The notes under the pieces were generated by a model that had not been told where the DNA came from, made no database searches, and saw nothing but the letters and a program-made list of their open reading frames with translations. From a virus, in the IMG/VR virus record IMGVR_UViG_3300023178_000030, positions 1 through 64,000 of that record: 64,000 nucleotides of DNA, one strand, 5' to 3'. Positions 58,127 to 64,000 of the stretch are shown in pieces. The translations under genes were made by a program, and so were the position numbers. How positions within the stretch are numbered: the first letter of the stretch is position 1; each line of letters begins with the position of its first letter.

Positions 58127-58711
58127 ATGAAACATTTATTATTAATATTTTTTATGTTATTTTCATTACCAGTTTTTGCAGATGATAGAAACTGGGAAAA
58201 GTCAGAACATAATATAAACATTAAACACAATAACTTTGGTCTTAACATTCGTCAGTATGCACAAGATGATTATGACCATATTCAATTTGAATACAATGTA
58301 GTCAAGAGTGTGAAACTTGCATTAAGACTTGCAGAAGAAGGTGAAATCAAAGAAAAAAGACCAAGTATCACTCATACTGTTGGTAAGTTTGGGCCTATAA
58401 AAGTTGCACATAGATTAGGTTATAGAATGTATGAGAGTGATTTAAAATCTGATTTTGCAAGATATAGAATCATACTTGGTGCGAACTATGGTATGTTTTG
58501 GACTAAAGTACAACCAAGATGGAAAGTTGGTGGTGAAGGTGTTCATGTAGATGCAAAAATAGATGACATTAAATCTTCAGTTGGTATCAAACTAAACTTG
58601 AATGAACATACAACATTTAAACCATATGTTGAATATCTTGCAGATGGTGAATTAAATGATTATAAGAAAAAATATGTGATGTTGGGTACTGAACTAACAT
58701 TTAAATTTTAG
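58127..58711 (+). CDS. Small outer-membrane beta-barrel (porin-like)
   Basis: Signal peptide ending VFA; alternating amphipathic strands; C-terminal LGTELTFKF (BAM-type terminal Phe). Confidence 0.75.
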   Translation: MKHLLLIFFMLFSLPVFADDRNWEKSEHNINIKHNNFGLNIRQYAQDDYDHIQFEYNVVKSVKLALRLAEEGEIKEKRPSITHTVGKFGPIKVAHRLGYRMYESDLKSDFARYRIILGANYGMFWTKVQPRWKVGGEGVHVDAKIDDIKSSVGIKLNLNEHTTFKPYVEYLADGELNDYKKKYVMLGTELTFKF

Positions 58712-58823
58712 TGAAACCAGAAATTAAAAAATTGATAAGACAAATAATTTTTGAAATAATATTGCCAGTAGCATTACTTATTTGGTTTATGTTATGGTTA
58801 TTAGGGCCAGTAGGAAAAGGTTA

Positions 58824-59126
58824 ATGTATAGTACATTAAGAGAAACATTACAAGAGAGATATGGAGATAATAGGAGACTTTATCTCCAAGCTCTCTATCT
58901 TAATGTTGAAGTTGGCCCATATACACCAGACCCTGTCGAGGGAATGTATGCATTAGAAAATTACAAGTATGGTAATTTAGAATTTGATGAAGCTATTTCA
59001 CACATAAACAAAAACAGAAAAAAGACATTCGATTTACAACAATACAATGATGACTGGCAAGAATATTTAAATTTATGTGAAAAGGAAATATTAGATGAAA
59101 AAGATAATAGAGAAAATAAAACTTAA
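58824..59126 (+). CDS. Hypothetical protein
   Basis: SD AAGG before MYSTLRE. Confidence 0.55.
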   Translation: MYSTLRETLQERYGDNRRLYLQALYLNVEVGPYTPDPVEGMYALENYKYGNLEFDEAISHINKNRKKTFDLQQYNDDWQEYLNLCEKEILDEKDNRENKT

Positions 59127-59181
59127 ATTCAAATACAAATCTACTATGTGGGTGAAACCATATTTTGAAGATTGTTTATAA
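59095..59181 (+). CDS. 28-aa peptide ending MWVKPYFEDCL
   Basis: SD AAGGA; stops immediately before the terminator. Confidence 0.4.
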   Translation: MKKIIEKIKLKFKYKSTMWVKPYFEDCL

Positions 59182-59183
59182 AC

Positions 59184-59218
59184 AAAAAAAGGGAGTATAA
59201 AAACTCCCTTTTCTTTTT
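59184..59218. terminator. Bidirectional Rho-independent terminator
   Basis: A7-GGGAGT-ATAAA-ACTCCC followed by a T run. Confidence 0.8.
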
Positions 59219-59234
59219 CTATTTGAAATAAAAT

Positions 59235-59306
59235 TTACTTGTTTGCAATGTACATTGTAACTTCAAAACCAAATCTCATTTCAGTATATTCTGGTGACTT
59301 CCACAT
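59235..59306 (-). CDS. pqqA: Pyrroloquinoline quinone precursor peptide PqqA (23 aa; not in ORF track)
   Basis: MWKSPEYTEMRFGFEVTMYIANK*: W..P leader, RFGF and invariant E-x3-Y core; SD TAAGGAG 7 nt before the ATG. Confidence 0.95.
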   Translation of the reverse strand: MWKSPEYTEMRFGFEVTMYIANK

Positions 59307-59398
59307 AATACTTCTCCTTAATAATTATTAACACTAATATATATAATAAACACAAAAAAATCACATAGTGATAATCATTAAAATCAAGTGAGAAAATC

Positions 59399-59632
59399 AT
59401 GAAAAAAGAAGATGCTAAAATAATCTTACTAAAAGATGTTATTGAAACAAAACTACGAAAAGAAAAAGAATTAGATTACTATCAAAAACAACTTGAAGAG
59501 CTTCAGATGAAAATGGTGTTTCTAAAAAAAGATATTCATTTAACTAACACTATTATTAATATTATCGAAAGTGAAAATATTATGCAATTAGAACCTTTAA
59601 TACTTGACAAAAACATAAGAGATGAGTTATAA
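59399..59632 (+). CDS. Coiled-coil hypothetical protein
   Basis: DVIE..LRKEKEL.YY...LEEL. Confidence 0.65.
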   Translation: MKKEDAKIILLKDVIETKLRKEKELDYYQKQLEELQMKMVFLKKDIHLTNTIINIIESENIMQLEPLILDKNIRDEL

Positions 59633-59654
59633 TTACTGTTCTTTCTTAAAATAA

Positions 59655-59729
59655 AAGAGTATGTAAGGCGCTAGTATTCGTGATGAAGTTGAGTCTGGAT
59701 TCAGGTGCTAGGTCTTACATATTCCTCTT
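59655..59729 (+). ncRNA. Candidate structured RNA downstream of a sigma70 promoter
   Basis: GTATGTAAGGC pairs with GTCTTACATAT; CTAGTA pairs with TGCTAG; promoter TTGACA 59604/TATAAT 59628. Confidence 0.5.
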
Positions 59730-59735
59730 ACGATT

Positions 59736-59984
59736 ATGAAAAAATATATCCATGTAGACACAATCAAAATCAGAACTAACATCAAAAAGAAAAAGTTAGA
59801 CCCTAACTATGAGGTTGAGCCTGTTGTTATTGTTAGAACTAAAAGTAAAGTATTAGAGAAATGTCATGAGGTCGAAATACTAGGCCCAAGTAAAGTTGTA
59901 TATGCAGAAGGTGGTGAGAAAATACTGAACTGTGGTGCAAGAACTGTAATTGAAACAGAAAGTGAAATAAAGGTGATAAGATGA
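59736..59984 (+). CDS. Conserved phage hypothetical protein
   Basis: CHEVEILGPSKVVY...L.CGAR.VIET. Confidence 0.7.
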   Translation: MKKYIHVDTIKIRTNIKKKKLDPNYEVEPVVIVRTKSKVLEKCHEVEILGPSKVVYAEGGEKILNCGARTVIETESEIKVIR

Positions 59985-60712
59985 TGTTTAATTTAAATAA
60001 AACAATTGAAGTCCATTGTTATACATGGAGAAAAATAAATGCAGAAGAATTTTGTATTAAAGAGATGAAACCACATAGACCAAAATGGTTTAGAGATATG
60101 GGAAAAATGACTGGAACTAAATGGAATCTTCCAAAGTTAAATATAAAACATTGTCATGGTATTCTTGAATTATTTAAAAGAAGTTTTTATCTTCCTTTAT
60201 GGACTGACTTATATATTATTAATGAAATGCATGATATAAATGCTATATCGAAAGATTCTTACCTGATAGTTTCAAAACATTTTGATAAAGCTAATTCACA
60301 AGCTCCAACTTTATCAGAAAAACACAGAAATCTTAAAATAGATGCTCCTTGGATTTTTGATTGTGATAAAGATATTAATTTTTATATTACTGGTGCATCA
60401 TGGGATTATATAAACAACGACTTATTTTATAATTTTCATTTACCTCCAGCTATACTCGATTTTAAGTATCAATCATGTCTTAATACACAATGGTTATTTC
60501 CAATACCATTTACAAAAGAACAAGAAACTTGTATAAGTTTTCAAGCAGGTGATCCATTATATTACATAACTCCATTAACAGATAAAAAAGTTAAATTTAT
60601 AAGTCATTGTATTACTAAAACAGAATTTTTTGATAAATTTGATAGTTTAGATCGTACTACTTCGTTTTGGTCAAATGCTTATGCAAGAGGAAAAAAACTA
60701 ATGGGTAAATGA
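59981..60712 (+). CDS. Hypothetical protein, paralog of 61326..62057
   Basis: P.WF, K.C.G..LF, P.W.D, PW.F, GASWDYINN, F.AGDP. Confidence 0.7.
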   Translation: MMFNLNKTIEVHCYTWRKINAEEFCIKEMKPHRPKWFRDMGKMTGTKWNLPKLNIKHCHGILELFKRSFYLPLWTDLYIINEMHDINAISKDSYLIVSKHFDKANSQAPTLSEKHRNLKIDAPWIFDCDKDINFYITGASWDYINNDLFYNFHLPPAILDFKYQSCLNTQWLFPIPFTKEQETCISFQAGDPLYYITPLTDKKVKFISHCITKTEFFDKFDSLDRTTSFWSNAYARGKKLMGK

Positions 60713-61323
60713 TGGAACAAGTATTAGAGAATTTTTATACTGAAGATGAGATAGATAGAATTTGGAAAGAAATACAATATTTAGATTCTAATACTTATGG
60801 TTGGGCATATCCAAATCCACAAATAAATGCAGTTGATAAAAAAGGTAATCTACTATTACAAGGTGCAAGACAATTTAAGTTTAGTATATTTGGTTATAAT
60901 AACCTTGAACTGTTGAGAAAGTCTAACATTTATACTTCAGGTAAAAAACTTATGAATTACCATGATTATTTAGTTGGTAAACATGATATTTATAAAAATA
61001 TTAAGGAATTAGATCGTCATTTTTCTTTTTTAAATTACTACTATAAAGATGATGGTTGTTACAAATTACATCATGATATATCCATGTATACAATGTTATC
61101 GTATTTTTACGAAGAGCCTAAAAATTTTACAGGTGGTCAATGTCTTGTAGGAAATAACAAATATGAAATACATAATGGATTTACAATCGTGTTACCAGGC
61201 TGGTTAAAACATGGTTCAACACCAATAAAAATAATCGATAAATCTAGAAAAAAATCTGGAAGATATTCTATTGCACACTTTTTCTGGTCAGCAAACTCTA
61301 ACGATTTTGAGAGGAAATCATAA
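60709..61323 (+). CDS. 2OG-Fe(II) oxygenase
   Basis: YKLHHD, FTGG, H, RYSI. Confidence 0.8.
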   Translation: MMEQVLENFYTEDEIDRIWKEIQYLDSNTYGWAYPNPQINAVDKKGNLLLQGARQFKFSIFGYNNLELLRKSNIYTSGKKLMNYHDYLVGKHDIYKNIKELDRHFSFLNYYYKDDGCYKLHHDISMYTMLSYFYEEPKNFTGGQCLVGNNKYEIHNGFTIVLPGWLKHGSTPIKIIDKSRKKSGRYSIAHFFWSANSNDFERKS

Positions 61324-61325
61324 AT

Positions 61326-62057
61326 ATGATGTTCAATTTTAATAAAACAGTTGAAATTCATTGTTACACATACAATAAATTTATTGCAGATAATTTTTGT
61401 GTACAAGAAATGAAAACTACAAGACCATCATGGTTTAAAAACTTACCTAAAAAATCTGAAAAAAAATCAACAATGAAAAGTTGTTATGGTTTTATAAATT
61501 TATTTAAAAAAGGATTTGTTCTCCCTTTTTGGAGTGATATTGAAATTACAAACACAATAGAAGAATTGGTTGTAAATTGTGCAAATCAAGATACAACTAA
61601 TGTTTTACATCACTTAAATCCAAATAATTCATCGGCTGAAACTTTATCAACATATCACCGTCATGCACAAATACAACCACCTTGGGTTTTTACATCTGAC
61701 AAACCTACTGAATTTGCAGTTGTAGGTGCTTCATGGGATTATATAAACAATAATCTATATGATTTTCATTTACCCACAGGTATTATTGATTTTAAATACA
61801 ACAATACAATTAATGTACAAATGTTGTTTCCTAAACCAACTGGAAATCAAAGACAATCAAATATAATTTTTAAAGCTGGCGATCCAATATTATATTTGAT
61901 TCCTTTAACTGAAAAGAAAGTTAAATTTATTACACATAATATTACTAGAATGGAATATTATGATATGATAGACAATGTAGATTCAAAGTCACATTTTTTT
62001 AGTAACAAATATGTTAGGTCTAGAACATATGGATATAAAGGATATATGAAGGAGTAA
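61326..62057 (+). CDS. Hypothetical protein, paralog of 59981..60712
   Basis: Same motifs: MMFN.NKT.E.HCYT, GASWDYINN, KKVKFI. Confidence 0.7.
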   Translation: MMFNFNKTVEIHCYTYNKFIADNFCVQEMKTTRPSWFKNLPKKSEKKSTMKSCYGFINLFKKGFVLPFWSDIEITNTIEELVVNCANQDTTNVLHHLNPNNSSAETLSTYHRHAQIQPPWVFTSDKPTEFAVVGASWDYINNNLYDFHLPTGIIDFKYNNTINVQMLFPKPTGNQRQSNIIFKAGDPILYLIPLTEKKVKFITHNITRMEYYDMIDNVDSKSHFFSNKYVRSRTYGYKGYMKE

Positions 62058-62059
62058 TT

Positions 62060-62305
62060 ATGACACCACAAGAATCAAATACCCTATATAGATTACATAC
62101 AGTAATAATGCAAGAGATCGAAAACTATCACTTTAGAGGTCAATATGACTATCATTTGAGAGTGAGAGTTGAAGATGATGAGATAAAATTTAGATATTTA
62201 AATGAGTGGCATCCTATATCAAAAGAAACACTATTTAAGATGTTAAAACAGAGTAACTTACCACAAAGTTTATATACTAAATTAATGTTAAGGATAGTAC
62301 AATGA
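62060..62305 (+). CDS. Hypothetical protein
   Basis: SD AAGGAG. Confidence 0.6.
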   Translation: MTPQESNTLYRLHTVIMQEIENYHFRGQYDYHLRVRVEDDEIKFRYLNEWHPISKETLFKMLKQSNLPQSLYTKLMLRIVQ

Positions 62306-62622
62306 TTAAATTTATTTTAATGTTTTTATTTACATTCAATGTCTATGCAACAGATGAAGGTTACAAGATGTTGAAGAACAACAATTGTTTAGCTTGTCAT
62401 GCAGTTGATAAAACACTAGTAGGCCCATCATATCAAGATGTTGCGAAGAAATATGAGAATGACGATAGAAGTATTGTAGTACCTGTTCTTGCAAGAAAGA
62501 TGCGTGAAGGTGGAGTTGGTAATTGGGGAGTTATTCCTATGCCACCAATGAACTTAAGACATAATCAATCAGAGTATATAGTTAAGTGGATTTTGAATAG
62601 AGAGTGGGAAACTACTAAATAA
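62302..62622 (+). CDS. Class I cytochrome c (c551/c552 type)
   Basis: Signal peptide; CLACH heme motif; VGPSY..VA.KY; G.WG.IPMPP with the axial Met. Confidence 0.93.
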   Translation: MIKFILMFLFTFNVYATDEGYKMLKNNNCLACHAVDKTLVGPSYQDVAKKYENDDRSIVVPVLARKMREGGVGNWGVIPMPPMNLRHNQSEYIVKWILNREWETTK

Positions 62623-62624
62623 AA

Positions 62625-62915
62625 ATGTATATAAACGATAGAAAGAATTATTATCACAATCGTTATCATAACAAAACATACTATAGAGATGCAGTACAAG
62701 GAGTTAGAGAGATGCCCGTTTCAAATGTTACTCAAGGTATCAATGCAGATATCTTAACAAACATGAAATCATCTAAAAATGTTTTATCAAAAGTAGATGA
62801 GGATAGAAAAGAAGCCGTAGAAAAATCAAAAGTTTATTTCAAGGAAGTGTTACAAACATCAACAGATATCAAAGATAATGTTGCAAAAGGTATTAATGTT
62901 GATGTGACTACATGA
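62625..62915 (+). CDS. Hypothetical protein
   Basis: C-terminal KG.NVDV. Confidence 0.55.
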   Translation: MYINDRKNYYHNRYHNKTYYRDAVQGVREMPVSNVTQGINADILTNMKSSKNVLSKVDEDRKEAVEKSKVYFKEVLQTSTDIKDNVAKGINVDVTT

Positions 62916-63109
62916 GAAGAAATGTTCACCATATTGCTTTTAATATTTGGTTATATTCTTTTGTGGTTTTATGTACTTTACCGATTACAATAGTTATCGT
63001 TTTGAATCTTCTAGAGTTGTACCTATGGTTGACAGACCGCCCTGCCTTGCCTTCTTTTCTGCATCCCATTGAAGTGATAAAGCAACTAGCTCAAAAATTA
63101 TCCACATAA
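62912..63109 (+). CDS. Small membrane protein (uncertain; overlaps a convergent ORF)
   Basis: ATGA coupling; one TM segment. Confidence 0.4.
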   Translation: MRRNVHHIAFNIWLYSFVVLCTLPITIVIVLNLLELYLWLTDRPALPSFLHPIEVIKQLAQKLST

Positions 63110-63533
63110 CACCACCAACGAATAAAGATACAAGTACACCATCTCTGATTTGTTTTTTTCGTCTTAATTTTTTATAGACTTGTTCTTCTCTTTGTCGTTT
63201 TAATTTTCTTCGTAGTGCAATCATTTCTTCGTAAACTGTTCCACCATAACGCCACTTAATCATAGTTGCAAGATCAGCTTCCATTTGTTGTATTTTCTTT
63301 TTATGAACGATAATGTCTAACGCCTCTTGTTCAACAGACTTTGCAGCCATGAACTTTTTCATACTAGATGGATTTTCTCGTTCCTGTCTTGCATGATTGA
63401 AATCGGAGACTGCACTAAACCATTTACCGATTTGTCCTGTGACATCTTCGATATCTCTACCTGCATCAACTAATTTTTTGATACCATTAAATGCAGCTGT
63501 AGCCGCAGTAATGGCAGTAATTGGATCTATCAA
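62994..63533 (-). CDS. Conserved hypothetical membrane protein (probable TTG start)
   Basis: IDPITA..AATAAF..IKK...AGRDIED...W; SD AGAGGA; TM segment near the C-terminus. Confidence 0.7.
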   Translation of the reverse strand: MIDPITAITAATAAFNGIKKLVDAGRDIEDVTGQIGKWFSAVSDFNHARQERENPSSMKKFMAAKSVEQEALDIIVHKKKIQQMEADLATMIKWRYGGTVYEEMIALRRKLKRQREEQVYKKLRRKKQIRDGVLVSLFVGGVMWIIFELVALSLQWDAEKKARQGGLSTIGTTLEDSKR

Positions 63534-63620
63534 TAGATTATCCTCTGTTATATTGTTACGATAACAAAAAATGATATAAGAATAGTAAAATGTGGGGTTC
63601 AAGTGAATCAACTCTACAAC

Positions 63621-63634
63621 TATTTATATAAATA
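63621..63634. promoter_or_regulatory. Overlapping divergent T4 late promoters
   Basis: TATTTATATAAATA contains TATAAATA on both strands. Confidence 0.65.
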
Positions 63635-63659
63635 TAATATAACAAGGAGAGATAATAAG

Positions 63660-63905
63660 ATGATAAAATCAATGTTATTAAAGAATGATACGGCAATACA
63701 AATCACAATAGGACTATTAATCGCAGTATGTATAGGAATTGTTTCAATGTTAATTTCATTTATAGGTTTCTGGCCTTTCATGTATGCATTATTGTGTGGT
63801 GTTTGTATTTTCTTTCTAATTATGATAATGTTGTGTTTATCAGCTGATTTAGAGAGGGCTCGTGCAAAAGACAGTCCTATGATGGACAGAAATGATTTCT
63901 CGTAG
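63660..63905 (+). CDS. Small two-helix membrane protein
   Basis: SD AAGGAG; two hydrophobic segments. Confidence 0.6.
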   Translation: MIKSMLLKNDTAIQITIGLLIAVCIGIVSMLISFIGFWPFMYALLCGVCIFFLIMIMLCLSADLERARAKDSPMMDRNDFS

Positions 63906-64000
63906 TAAAAACCCAGACGGTTCTTCATATTATGTTGTAACAAATGATTATGATGATGTATTATTAATTACACAAAATTCATCTATCGCAAACTTTTACA

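Noticed and set aside
59678-59705. GTGATGA as a hammerhead ribozyme core
   Set aside because: It lacks CUGAUGA plus the downstream GAAA and three-stem arrangement; kept only as an unclassified RNA.
63590-63606. GGGGTTCAAGT resembling a tRNA T-loop
   Set aside because: No cloverleaf or acceptor stem can be formed around it.
1-64000. Stop-codon reassignment
   Set aside because: Core genes are full length in the standard code, and TAA, TAG and TGA all terminate genes.

Overview
This window is a very AT-rich, gene-dense 64 kb segment of a T4-like (myovirus) bacteriophage genome in the standard genetic code. The + strand carries recombination/replication genes (gp47 end, gp46, 45, 44, 62, regA, uvsX, 41, 61, rnh, 33, 59, 32), nucleotide metabolism genes (nrdA, a glutaredoxin-NrdB fusion, thyX, mazG), host-like auxiliary genes (def, hsp20, phoH, peroxiredoxin, ribosomal protein bS21, 2OG-Fe(II) oxygenases, cytochrome c, an outer-membrane beta-barrel), and a late block of probable capsid-packaged proteins. 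A divergent baseplate/head-completion block (gp26/51, 54-like, 2, 4, 48, 53) lies at about 47.4-55.4 kb. No tRNA, rRNA, CRISPR array or IS was seen. Main observations: (1) a 23-aa PqqA (PQQ precursor peptide) gene missed by the ORF track, with its own RBS and terminator, near a cytochrome c and a porin, suggesting support of host PQQ-dependent oxidation and a betaproteobacterial, possibly methylotroph, host; (2) a DNA-modification cassette where gp43 usually sits: DUF262-HNH nuclease, Asn-synthetase-like ligase, C5-MTase with an Asn-to-Arg change in motif X, and a CmoA-like carboxy-SAM synthase; (3) a probable -1 frameshift fusing gp26 to gp51; (4) IHF consensus sites exactly 41 nt upstream of four sigma70 promoters; (5) a ROSE-like RNA thermometer and several unexplained structured RNAs. 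All family calls come from motif recognition by eye; no database search was run.
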